Both the position numbers and the translations under genes were made by a program. The notes under the pieces were generated by a model. The model was not told the origin of the DNA. It searched no databases and saw nothing but the letters and a program-made list of their open reading frames with translations. Source: the human T2T-CHM13v2.0 reference genome, Homo sapiens. From it: DNA of 64,000 nt. Below are positions 30,769 through 64,000 of the stretch, piece by piece (positions within the stretch are counted from its first letter, which is position 1; each line of letters starts with the position of its first letter). The stretch lies in assembly GCF_009914755.1 (NCBI RefSeq), contig NC_060937.1. The stretch is one strand, 5' to 3'.

Positions 30769-32062
30769 TAACACATGTATTCTTAAAAAATGGACTTGTG
30801 ATTCCTTACAGCTAAAGAGAATCAAGTCCACCCTTAGCATGTTAGCGGTCACTGCCAGGTTCCTGCTGCACGAGGAGGAAGTCCTCCATGGCTGCTTTTC
30901 TATAAACAATTCCATTTCTCGTTGTAGAACACAGAAGTAAATACATCGAATTTTTATTTTTAGTAGCAATCAGAGCCTACTAAACTTCCTTTTGACTCAC
31001 CTCTTGATTGAATTCAGAGTAGGCAGAAAATCTCATTCAATCTCTTCACTGTGTGGGTGAGGAAACCGAGGCCCAAGGGTGATGAAGCCACTTCCTCAAA
31101 GGCACTCCGTGAGTTGGTGGTGGGGCTGCCGGCAGGATGAAGTGCTGTTACTCCAGGCCAGAGCCACTCCCCCGCTTCATCAGCCATGCTGTTTCATGGG
31201 TGCACCTGTTCTCATTTATGTGGCCGTTAGGAACCGTGGGTCTCTCGTGTTAAGCCATAGGCCTTTAATAAAGACGTGTAGAGTAAAGCCTGAATCCAAG
31301 AATTGACATTTAAACATGAAACATTTTCTTTTCTAACTTGGAAACCAGTTCTAAAAACACACCTAAAAGGGAATTTCAGTTTGATTTGTGTGAAGGGAAT
31401 ATTTTTGGATAAATCTGTATGCCATTGGAAATGCAATATTTCTAAATGATTAATATTTGAGACATTAATGTAATGAGACATGTAATGTCATGTAATGTAA
31501 CGAGACATGTAATGACATGTAATGTCATTACATATTTGAGACATGTAATATTTGAGACATTAATGTAATATTTTTATTACATTTAATAAATTTTATTTTT
31601 ATTATAAAATTTTTATTATAAAATTTTATAAAAACAAATGTAAATGATCAATCACAGAGTTTAACAATGTATCCATTTACAAAGATGCCTGGAAACAGTT
31701 TGCTGTCTCCCAAAGTGTTTATTTAACATAAGAAATTGTTAGATAAATACTTATTTTCTCTATTATTTGAGCATCTTTTGGTTGCAAGTAACAATAATTG
31801 ACTATGTCTCAAGCAAAGACAGGAAAGATAAGAGAAGTGTCAGAAAATTCAGGAATCGGAAGAGCAATGAGGACACCGCAGCAAGGATTTTTCTCTGCAG
31901 CACAGATGTGTTCAGACACAGTGCGGACCAGGTGGAGACCCATCCACGAGGCTCACCGTGGCCAAGGGGTAGATGGTGTGGTGGACACTGAGCTGCTGGA
32001 GTCTGTTGTGGACAGTCAGGTGCTATGTTAGAGCAAATCTTTCCATTTTAAAAACACTTCCC

Positions 32063-32371
32063 CGGCCAGGTGTGGTGGCTCAAGCCTGTAATCCCAGCAT
32101 TTAGGGAGGCTGAGCCGGGTGGATCACAAGGTCAGAAGGTTGAGACCATCCTGGCCGACATGGTGAAACCCCGTTTCTACTAAAAATACAAAAAATTAGC
32201 CAGGCGTGGTGGCACTTGCCTGTAGTCCCAGCTACTCGGGAGGCTGAGGCAGGAGAATCACTTGAACCCGGGAGTCAGAGGTTGCAGTGAGCCGAGATCA
32301 TGCCACTGCACTCCAACCTGGGCGACAGAGCGAGTCTCCGTCTCAAAAACAAAACCAAAACCAAAAACAAA
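32063..32371 (+). mobile_element. AluSc-like SINE
   Basis: ggatcacaaggtc...gagaccatcctggcc; TSD aaacactt.ccc. Confidence 0.88.
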
Positions 32372-32759
32372 CACTTGCCCTGATAGGTGCTGTGTTTGAA
32401 TAGACGCTTGTGCCACCCTGACAGCTACTGGCTCTGGCTTAATTCTTTTCCCTTTAATTGGGATGTGTTCAGGGAATGGAAATTAATTTTTGTATTTTAA
32501 AGTAAGTAAAAGTTAGATGGAAGAGGGGAAATTATAGTTTTCCGTGGCCAATATACACAATTTTCAAAATATTTATGACTCTTTGCACCATCAATCTGTT
32601 CCATAAACATGAGAAATTAGAAGTCAACTAACAATGAAATACTTTTATGACACAAAGATCTTCAATAATATGAGGTAGTTGAAAGTCAAGATATACAAGG
32701 ATGACCTTCCTTGGCATCTTGGAAGGCTGGTAAGAACCATTTCACTTTGCAAATTTTGA

Positions 32760-33119
<360 letters not shown>

Positions 33120-33867
33120 TAATTCTTTAGAAAGTGCCAAGTCGGATGTGGAGAATAAAAAGATGAGCAGCTAAGAACCCAGTCTACAGAAGTAACAGCT
33201 AGATTGCACTGCAGGGGAGGAATGGGAATAGAATGTGTGAGGACAATTAGGAAACAGCTTGTGAGGCTTACTGCATGTGGCTCCATACTTCAGGAATGAT
33301 CTAGAAAGGTCAAAGGAAAGCAGCACGGGAGGACTGTGATAAGCTCTCACAGGACACTGGTGTGAGGCAGATCTTACATGAGGTTACAACTCCTGCCACT
33401 GAGGATGCAGTGCAACCTAAATTTTGAAAAATATAAGACATAAATAGACCATAGAAGAACAAATTTAATAATACCAGGAATACTGTTTCTTGAGGAACCA
33501 AAATACATGGACAGATTTACTAATTTTATTTCCTCTTATATTTCTATAATGTTATTTTGTAGAATGACTCTTATGACAGTTTTATTTATATTCTTAATAT
33601 CCAGCATAGGGGAGAAGCTAATGAATGACATTTCTGGCTTTACTGTGAAATTATGTCACTGCAGTGTGTTCATGGGATAAAATATTGTTCTATTACCAAA
33701 GGCGTTGTGTTCCTCTCTTCAATGATGGGGCGACTTGAAATCTTTTTATAGGGTGCCAGGCCAACATTCCTCTAGTGCAGGGAAAGCAGAGGGTCAAACC
33801 TAGAAACAAAGATCTGGAAACTAATGGCTATCAACCAGACAGCAGGAAGTCAGTTGGTACTATCAAT

Positions 33868-36545
<2,678 letters not shown>

Positions 36546-37160
36546 ATATTGTATATTTTAGGTATATAAACATATGTATTAAGAATATATAATTTGCGCT
36601 TCCCTTGTTTCTGTTGCCTTTGTACAACTTTTCAGATGGTATTGGCCATTTGTATTTATTCTAAAATGATTAATTTTTCTATTTATTACAGACAAAAATT
36701 TTCTCCAAGTCTGTTATCTTATATTTGTTTATGGCATCTTTGTCATAACAAAGCTTTAAATTTTTGAGATCATCATGTCTGAGCTCTCTTCTTTACAGAA
36801 TTTATATTATATTTTGCTTAAGAAAGTTGTTCCCACCCCCAAAATTATAAAATATTCTCTTACAGTCTTTACATGTTTTTCAAATATCTCTTTTATCCAT
36901 CTGGAATTTATTTTGGTTTTTAGGGTGGGGAGTCACTGAAATTCTTTGACAAAATGGAAGAATGTGAGGGATGCCATGTGGTATAGGGAAAGAGTGCTGG
37001 CCCTGAAGCCAGAGGACCTGGTTTCAGTCTCTGGCACGTACCAGCTGTGTGATCTGGGTGGAATTTCTTCATTTCCTTGACCCTTCGTTCCTCATTTATA
37101 AAATGAGTAATGATGCCTACCCCTCAGAGTGTTAATTCATACGACGTTCAAATGAGATAA

Positions 37161-37514
37161 TGTATTAGTCCATTTTCACACTGCTATAAAGAACTGCCTG
37201 AGACTGGGTAATTCATGAAGAAAAGACATTTAGTTGACTCACAGTTCGGCATGGCCGGGGAGGCCTCAGGAAACTTACAATCATGGCGGAAGGTGAAGGG
37301 GAAGCAAGGCACGTCTTAATGGTGGAAGAAGAGAGAGAGAGCAAAGGGTAAGTGCCGCACTTTTAAACCATCAGAGCTTGTCAGAACGAACTCACTGTAA
37401 CAAGAACAGCATGGGGAAAATCCACCCCCATGACTCACCCAGGTCCCTCCCTTGACATGTGGGGATTACAATTCGAGATGAGATTTGGGTGGGGACACAG
37501 AGCCAAACCATATC
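37161..37514 (-). mobile_element. MSTA-like MaLR solo LTR inserted in a MIR
   Basis: Termini tgtattagtccattttcacactgctataaag...ggggacacagagccaaaccatatca; gataa flanks both sides. Confidence 0.88.
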
Positions 37515-37801
37515 AGATAATATATGTAAAAGTGGCCATAACTTAATGATGTGTATTAACCCCTCTAAGTATTTCCTCAAATAGATGGTCATTGTCTCAA
37601 GCCAGTATTGAATACTCCATTACCTTCTCATTCATGAAATGTCAGCTCTATGATATATTAAATTTTCATAGACACGTGGGTGTCTCAGTTAGTTTCCACT
37701 GATTTATTCATTTATGTCAGTGAAAAATCTTCACTGTTTTCATTTCACTAGCTTTATAGTACTTTTTAATATTTAATAAGGCAAGCGCTCTGTTTGCTTC
37801 C

Positions 37802-38178
37802 TGTATAGTTCATTTTTGCATTGCTATAAAGAACTGCACGAGACTGGGTAATTTGTGAAAAGAGGTTTAATTGGCCTATGGTTCTGCAGGCTGTACAGGA
37901 AGCATGGCTGGGGAGGCCTCGGGAAACTTACAATCATGGTGAAAGGCAAAGGGGAAGCAGGTATGTCCTTCATGGCCGGAGAAGGAGAAAGAGAGTGAAG
38001 GGGGAGGTGCTACACACTTTTAAACAACCAGATCTTGTGAGAACTCACTATCACAAGAACAGCAAGGGGGGAAATCCACCCCCATGACATAGTCACTTCC
38101 CACCAGGCCCCTCCTCCAACAAGGGAGATTACAATTTGACCTGCGATTTGGGCAGGGACACAGATCCTAACCATATCA
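37802..38178 (-). mobile_element. MSTA-like MaLR solo LTR
   Basis: tgtatagttcatttttgcattgctataaag...gggacacagatcctaaccatatca; cttcc flanks both sides. Confidence 0.85.
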
Positions 38179-38179
38179 C

Positions 38180-41559
<3,380 letters not shown>

Positions 41560-41560
<1 letters not shown>

Positions 41561-41750
41561 GTGTGTCCTATGTATATACATGTACATATATATTACTCTA
41601 TGTGTATATATGTGCTATATGCATATACATATATGTATATGTACATATATACCCACATTTTATACATGTATGTACGTATATGCGTCTGTGTATATTTATG
41701 GTATATGGTGTGTATATATGTGTATATATGTATACGCTATATGTATATGG
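41560..41750. repeat. Low-complexity (TA/TG/CA)n tract
   Basis: Mixed tatg/taca dinucleotide repeats. Confidence 0.9.
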
Positions 41751-41751
41751 T

Positions 41752-44108
41752 GGATATACTTTGGCTCTGTGTCCCCACCCAAATCTCTTCTCCAATTGTA
41801 ATCCCCATGTGTTTGGGAAGGGGCCTGGTGGGAGGTGATTGAATCATGGGGGCAGACTTCCCCCTTACTCTTCTCATGATAGTGAGTTCTCACAAGATCA
41901 GGTTGTTTGAAAATGTGGGGTACTTCCCCCATTGCTCACTCTCTCTCCTGCTCCACCATGTAATACATGCTTGGTTCCCCTTCTCCTTCTGCTATGATTG
42001 TAAGTTTCCTGAGGCCTCCTCAGCTGTGCTGACCTGTGAGTCAATTAAACCTCTTTTCTTCATAACTTACCCAGCCTCAGGTAGTTCTTTATAATCCTAT
42101 GAAAATGGACTAATATGGATTATGGTATCTGGAGTGGGATACTGCTATAAAGAAACTTGAAAATGTGGAGGCTACTTTGGAACTGGGTAATGGGCAGTTT
42201 GAATAGTTTGGAGGGCTCAGAAGAAGACAGAAAGATGTGGGAAAGTTTGGAACTTCCCAGAGACTCGTTGAATGGTTTTGACCAAAATGCTGACAGTGAT
42301 ATGGATAATGAAGTCCAGGTTGAGGTGGTCTCAGATGGAGACGAGGAACTTATTGGGAACTGGAGTACAGCTCACTCTTGCTATGCTTTAGTAGAGACTG
42401 GTGGCATTGTGCCTCTGCCTTAGAGATCTGTAGAACTTTGAACTTCAGAGAGATGATTTAGGGTATCTGGCAGAAGAAATTCCTAAGCAGCAAAGCATTC
42501 AAGAAATAACCTGGCTGCTCCTGACAGCAGTCGTATGTGTTCACAAAGAGATGGTCTGAAATTGGAACTTTTATTTAAAAGGAAAGCAAAGCATAAAACA
42601 TTTGGAAAATTTGCAGCCTGTACAATGGTAGAAAAGAAAAATCCATTTTTTGGGAAGAAATTCAAGCCAGCTGCAGAAATTTACATAAGTAAAGAGAAGC
42701 CAAATGTTAATAGCCAAGACAATGGGGAAAATGTCTGCAGGGGATTTCAGAGAGCTTCATGGCAGCCCCTCCCATCACAGGTCCAGAGGCCCAGAAGGAA
42801 AAAATGATTTCATGGGCTCAGACCAGGATCCTATTGCTCTGTGCAGCCTTGGGGCATGGCACCCTGTGTCCCAGCCACTCCAGCTCCATCTGTGGCTAAA
42901 AGGGGCCGAGGTACAGCTCAGGCTGTGGCTTCAGAGGGTGTAAGTCCCAAGCCTTGGTGGTTTCTATGTGATGCTGGGCCTGCGGGTGAGAGGAAGACAA
43001 GAATTGAGGCTTGGGAATCTCTGTGCAGATTTCAGAGGATGTATGGAAATGTCTGGATGTCCAGGCAGAAGTCTGCTGCAGGGACAGAGCCTCATGGAGA
43101 ACTTTGAAGGGAAACGTGGGGCTGGAACCCTCACAAAAAGTCCCCACTGGGGCACTGGCTAGTGGAGCTGTGAGAAGAAGGACACTGTCCTCCAGACCCC
43201 AGAATGGTAGATCCACCAACAGTTTGCATCATGTGCCTGGAAAAGTCACAGGCACTCCACACCAGCCTGTGAAGGCTGCCAAGGGGACTGTATCCTGCAG
43301 AGCCACAGGGGAGGATCTGCCTAAGGTCTTGGGAGCCCATCCCTTGCATCAGCGGTCCCTGAATCTGAGACATGGAGTCAAAGGAGATTATTTTGGAGCT
43401 TTGAGATTTAATGACTACCCTGCTGGATTTCAGACTTGTATGGGGCCTATAGCCCCTTTGTTTTGGCCAATTTCTCCATTTTGGAATAGGAGCATTTACC
43501 CAATATCTGTACCCCCATTCTATCTTGGAAGTACTAACTTGCTTTTGATTTCACAGGCTCATAGACAGAAGGGACTTGCCTTGTCTCAGATGAGACTTTG
43601 GACTTGAACTTTTAAGTTAATGTTGGAATGAATTAAGACTTTTTAGGAGACTGTTGGGGAAGCATAATTGGTTTTGAAATGTGACAAGGACAGGAGATTT
43701 GGGAGGGGCAAGGGGCAGAATGATATGGTTTGGCTCTGTGTCACCACCCAAATCTCATCTTGAATTTTAATCTCCATGTGTCAGGGGAGGGGTCTGGTGG
43801 GAGGAGACTGGATCATGGGGGTAGATTTCCTCCTTGCTGTTCTCATGATAGTGACTGAGTTCTCACAAGATTTGGTTGTTTGAAAGTGTGTGGCACTTTC
43901 CCCTTTGTTCTCTCCCTCTCTCTTGCTCCACCATGGTAAGATGTGCCTGCCTCCTCTTTGCCTTCTGCCATGATTGTAAGTTTCCTGAGGCCTCCTAGCC
44001 ATGCTTTCTGTTAAGCCTGTGGAACTGTGAGTCAATTAAACCTCTTTTCTTCATAAATTACGCAGTCTCAGGTAGTTCTCTATAGCAGTGTGAAAATGGA
44101 CTAACACA
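41752..44108 (+). mobile_element. Full-length MaLR element, MSTA-like (LTR ~41752-42116, internal ~42117-43720, LTR 43721-44108)
   Basis: Two similar LTRs (ttggctctgtgtc.ccacccaaatctc...gaaaatggactaa.a.a); polypurine tract gggaggggcaaggggcagaa before the 3' LTR; decayed MaLR internal ORF (LEGSEEDRKMWESLELPRD). Confidence 0.9.
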
Positions 44109-44163
44109 ATGGTGTATATATGTATATCATGTACATGCACACATATATTTATAGAATGTAAAA

Positions 44164-44194
44164 TGTGTGTGTGTGTGTGTGTGTGCGCGCGCAC
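44164..44194. repeat. (TG)n(CG)n alternating purine-pyrimidine tract
   Basis: tgtgtgtgtgtgtgtgtgtgtgcgcgcgcac; potential Z-DNA former. Confidence 0.9.
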
Positions 44195-45384
44195 AAGGTG
44201 CTTAACTGTTCATTATTGTTTTATGTTTTTGGGAGATTGTAACTTTTTCTCCATAGGCAAATATCCATAAAAATTATTTAGACTTCATTCTAAATGGTCA
44301 TTCTGTTCTGGGTTCTGTTGAAGTTAAATAAAATATGTAGTGACAAAACTTATTTAATGCTTTACTTGGGATACAAGCATTGCAATTTGGGGCATACACA
44401 CAGGTGGGTGGTCCTCCGCATGTCTGAAGAATAAAAAGGAGATTGGAGGTTTTATAAAAAGGAGAAATGTTGTGTATTCCTCTTTGAGAAAGTTCATTGG
44501 CACTAGCAAAGTTTGGGGCAGCTGGCAAGCTCTGATCGGTGAGTGAAAATGGTAGTCATTAGCCTTACAGTTGTAGCAGGTTGTTTCAGTAGCGGTTAGA
44601 TAAAACTGGTCTCAGGCTATAGCAGGCAGCTTTAGCAGGAAAGCTTGCAGAAAATTACATTCTTGGAGCAGTGTTATGTTTCCTGAGTCTCTTTTCCTCT
44701 GGCTTCTTGATTTATTTTAGTTGGTTATGGCAAGAGTGACCCAATTCATATGATCAACTTTCACACTTACCCCTTTTGATCAAAATCTTTCTCTGAAAGC
44801 AGCACTGATCAACCATTTTGAAGTTAGGCTTAATTTTCCTTCAGTGCCAGGATGGACCTGTCACAATTGTGTCTGTCCCATGTTGGGGGGAATATAGGTT
44901 GGTCTATATAAGGGTCCCAGGACACATTTGAATAACAAAGAGGCCAGAAGGAAAACTCTCAGGACAGGTTTGTTTGGAATCCAGCATCAAGTTCCATATG
45001 GTCAGTTCCATAGGCATCAGCAATCATCTTGAAGCACTGGGCTAATATTATTCTATTAAGAGAGTTTGCTTTACAAGGATTAGACAGGCTGTAAGAGCAA
45101 AGCTTAAAGAACTATGCTACAAAAAATAATCAGCAACTATATAATAAATCCAGTTTGTATAATAGTTCAAAGTCATGAATCTAATTTTGAAGGCAACCAA
45201 CTGTAAACATTAAAAAGTCCAGGCATATCTGGTGAGACTTGCTGTAGCTACTGAGTAGCATTTTATGACTGGGTTGAATCAATGCAGAGAATGCCAATAT
45301 TACAAAAAAGACCATCAGTACAATTAGAACAAAAAGTTGTGTTAGGGATATTTTTAAAGTTTCCCACTATATGGACTAAAATAA

Positions 45385-50450
<5,066 letters not shown>

Positions 50451-53309
50451 GGCCCAAAACACTTGATCAAAACAGAATCAGAGGTCACTATAAAATAATA
50501 GTCATTCATTTAACCAGAGTGACAACTGAAAGACTTCAAAAGCAATATGGAAAGTTACACGATTGTAAAAATATTAACCCTTCCAAGCTCACTTTTCCTA
50601 AGTAATCAAAAACCTACAAAAGGCAACACAGGAAATTATCTTGGTAAAGCATAAAATCTTTGTTTCTTAGGTCAGCTACCAAAAAGGCAAAGAACCTTGC
50701 ACAGTGTGATGATTTCTCGTTACGGAAAGTTCATTTAGATAACCTGGAGGTCAAACCTGATAAAAAAAAAAGGGTGCTTGAATTTAATTAGACAGAGGAA
50801 AAATGTGTTCAAGATTATGAGTGTACACTACATCATAAAGGAATGTAAACAAGAAAACTAGCAGCTTAAGCAGAGGAATATATGGCTTTTAGTAACAGCA
50901 TGGGAAGTTTCTTGGTTACATGGAACAATTCAGACATATTAAGAAAAGCCAGGAGTACAGAATCAAGTTATGCTAAACAAAACATTGCTTTTCTAGGTCT
51001 TCAGGGTAAACATTTCAGTGTCAGGCAGCAGAGTTAGAACAGAGGGGGATAAAGTTACAGGAGTGTGCAAGAAAGTTGAAGGAAAGAGTTATAATCCTAG
51101 GACTTTTCAAGGGGAGAGTAAGTTGGAGGCAATGATATATGACTGCAAATTATGTGCAGCAAATACAGCAAAAGTTAGACTTCTGAGATACACATTTGAA
51201 AAATCTCTAAAACAAAACTCTAGCTCAAGAAAAAATTATGTTAAATGAAGAGGACAGCATTTTAAATCTAAAACTAGGGAAATGAATCTCAAAAAGCAGA
51301 TGGCTGTTAAAGAAACAGATTTTTAAAATTAAAAATCAAAACCTCTTGCAATTTAATTCACAGCAGATCAATACTTTCAGAAAACTTTCATTTGAAATAT
51401 AGAGGTATAGACTCTGGTCCTGTGTCACGGTGCCGTGGACACCAATGTGGAACTTTTAGAAAAATACATAATTTATTTCCAATCCCAGACAATCTGATTA
51501 CACATGTAACTTACTTCATTAGGCCCATCTTTTATAAATCCTCTTTGACTTGTTTAGACCTTTTATCACTTTCTTAAAACTTCCAGTCTTAGTCCCATAA
51601 TTTTATTTTTAAACAACAAATTATTTTGTCATAGGACAAAGATTTACCACATAAAATTCTCATGCAAAATTATTTTTTCCTAAATTCATATTTTAATTAA
51701 TAGATCTAAATATATTTACTTTTTATAAAATTTAAGAAGCCAAAAATGACGTTTTGTTTATTTTGCAATTTGTTTCAGTTTTAAGAAATCTTATTTAGCT
51801 ACAATCCAGATATTTAATGTGCATTATTTAATTTTACATAACATAATTTTAACATTTACATGAAAAGTTTATTTATAAACATTTATTTTTATTTACAATC
51901 ATCTAATTTCTTTGTTTTTAACAGTTACATTTTATGGGTGCTCTAGTTTAATGCCAAATACACAAAGCCAATTAAATGTAGCACTGAATATGCAGAGGCC
52001 AACTGAATGCAAGTGCAGATGGAAAATAAAGTGTGTACCTCCCAGGAAGGACGATAGGCCTTCTCCAAATGAAGGACAAAATCCCCTCATCCAAACCTTG
52101 GAGCTGAGGTCAACAGGAGGAAAATAACTTTCCCCAAGAAGAGATCTTTCCAACAGGAGTGGGACAAACCCTCCCAACCAAATCACGAATAAAATGGAAC
52201 TCGAACAAAATGGAGGGGGAGAAGAGGCCACTTGCAGATGCAGCGGGGTTCAAAAGGCTCCACTGTGGGCACCTCACACCGCTGTTCCAAGAACCAGTAA
52301 TTCTTCCCGAGGTGAGTCAGCTTTGGATTTTACTAATGACGCTGTGTATGATAAAGTCAAATAAAATCTGTAGAGAAAAATCTCTAAATTTAACATTTTA
52401 TTTGGGATATGAGAATTGCCATTTGGGGCATATACACACAGACCAGGTGGTCTTTGGGATGTCCAAAGAATAAAGTTGAGGTTGGAGATTTTATAAAAAG
52501 GAGAAATGCTATGTATTACTCTTTGATCATTGGCACTTGTTAAGTTTTGGGGAGCTGGCAAGTTCTGATGGTGAGTGACAGCAGTGGGTAAAACTAGTCT
52601 TAGAGGTGCAGCACGTTGTTTCAGAAGTTATCAGGTAAAACTGGTTTCAGGTTACAGCAGAAGTTCAGCAGCCAGGCATGCGAAGGGTTCAATTCTCGGA
52701 GCAATGCTGTGTGGGCTTAGAGCTGCCCCCCGGGCTTCTTGACTCTGGGTTAGTTGGGCATGACAGGAATGACCCAATTCATAAGAACCACTTTCCCAGT
52801 TGCATATATTAATTCAGAATAGATGATTGCTGGGTGGTTCAATTTCTTGCATGTCTGAACTTATTCTCCTCCATTAAAAAATATATTCCTTCTGGAATTC
52901 CTCTTCCTATTTTCTTGTTTAATTCCTATTTTCTTTCTTTCAGGGCTTGCTATGTTACCCAGTTATTTACTGTTTCATATACATTGTATGTTTTTTTCTT
53001 CTTCCAGGTTTGTCCCATAATTCTTCGGGCCTCTCTCAAGCCTTCGAGTGGATGCTGTTTCATATTTCATCCAGCCTGGGAGTTGGAGACCTGAGCTGCA
53101 TTACCTAAGCCACTGTTAGCAGAAGCCAATAATAATAATAATAATAATGATAATTCTTTTTTGTTTAACTTATCTTTTATATCTTCTCTTATTACTGCTC
53201 TATATATTCCGGAAGATTTCTCCAATTATATTTTCCATATCCCCTACTTGTTCTTCACCGTTACCTACTGTAATATTATAACTTGAAGAAATTTTTTAAA
53301 ACAACAAAT

Positions 53310-57221
<3,912 letters not shown>

Positions 57222-58295
57222 AATTTAAAATTTTCAATTATGTTTTTTATTTCTAAAGCATGCTTGGTTATTTTTAAGACTTCCTGCTTCTTTGATCATA
57301 TCGTTGAGCTTCTAATATTTAAAAATCCTATTAAACATAGTTATTCTATAATCCTTGCTAGTTCTAATTTCTGAAGTCTTTGAGGATTTTACGTTACTCT
57401 CTATCTGGTTCTCAGGGGTAGTACCTTGTTCCCTTGTATGCTTTGCAATTTTTAAAATGTATTTACTTATTTCTTTTTATTGTGAGAAGCTAATATCTTT
57501 GGAATTTCACCTGTAGGAATTCTTAATGCCTCAGTTGAAAGTGAATTTCTTCACTGGGGATTTGCTTTTATTCTACCAACTGACCGAGGTCACTAACAAT
57601 CTGGAAACCAAGTTAAAATCTCAGCTTGGGGTTTTTCAATAAGTGGTATAAATGCAGACTGTAAACACTCATAAAAGCTGGCTGTGTCTTAAAATTTCCC
57701 ACATCACACAGTATGTTGTGACGAGGTTGAGAAAGACAAAGCTTCCTTATTGTTCTTTTCTGCATGGCAAATTTATTCTCATTTTCTTTATATTGAAGTA
57801 AAGTTTTAGCTTTGTGAGCATGGGCTACCATAGACTTTCCAACTGATGCAGGATCTGGGCCAGATCCTTGCAAGTGATGTTCCTCAGTCTTTGTGAGCCA
57901 TGAGAAACGGTGGGAAGCTCTGCCTGGGGCTTGACCTCTTCTTCATTCCCCTTGGCACCTTGGGCCCCACATAGCCATCCAGGAAGGAGCCCAGGAGCTC
58001 TGGCTTTGGCCTATGATAAAAGATACTTTTGGTACTAACAAGGATTTCTGTTTTCATTAAAGTTTCAGCCTCTATGGATTTTTTTTAACCTCCTGCCATC
58101 TCAGCAATGCATGAAAAAACACATTTTAGCATATTCAGCACTTCAGTCTGAGAGTTGTTTAGGATATGTAGCCTGCTATATTGCTGGATATAGAAGTCTT
58201 TTATCAACTCCCTCCTGCCCAATAAACATTGACTTCCTAGAGACAAGGGACTGTGATTGATTCATCTTTATACCCTAGGACCTGACATACATTAG

Positions 58296-63748
<5,453 letters not shown>

Positions 63749-64000
63749 TGAGGATGGTACAGGGCAACATCATCTTAGGGTGCAGGGTGTTGAGGGAAGG
63801 TAGGGTCAGAGGCTGAAGGACTGGAAGGGAGACGTGGGGATTAAGTAGGGAATCTTGGAGGGCCTTGTTTCAGTGTCTCGGGTGGAAGCTGACTGCTTCA
63901 TGTCATCTGAGGCTTCTGCCGGTCTTTGGAGGTCAGTTTATTTCATATTGTCATGTGTGTCTGGGGGCTCCTGCAAGAACCTCAGTTTAAGGTTTTCTGC

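Overview
Human (primate) genomic DNA from the CARS2/ING1 locus (13q34 by gene identity). The minus strand carries coding exons 1-3 of mitochondrial cysteinyl-tRNA synthetase CARS2 (ATG at 10311); the rest of that gene lies left of the window. The plus strand carries all of ING1, with three alternative phase-1 first coding exons (ATGs at 17179, 18355, 19648) spliced to one terminal exon (23443-24146, PHD finger). These give predicted 235, 279 and 422 aa proteins, plus a 210 aa product from an internal ATG. The two genes are head-to-head across CpG islands, with a complex minisatellite just upstream of CARS2. From ~28 kb to the end there is no recognisable gene, only repeats: many Alus (about 27 minus vs 3 plus beyond 25.4 kb), old L1/L2/MIR fragments, MaLR elements and a decayed ~8.5 kb MER4-group (probably MER65) provirus with nested insertions. 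I see no convincing new protein-coding system. The best leads are regulatory or evolutionary: an MRE-motif-dense minisatellite at the CARS2 promoter, a strong uORF directly before the p47ING1a start, a skippable in-frame CARS2 exon that separates the HIGH and KIIK motifs, an apparent Alu-Alu gene-conversion tract, and several template-switch scars. Repeat boundaries and subfamily names were assigned by eye and are approximate.
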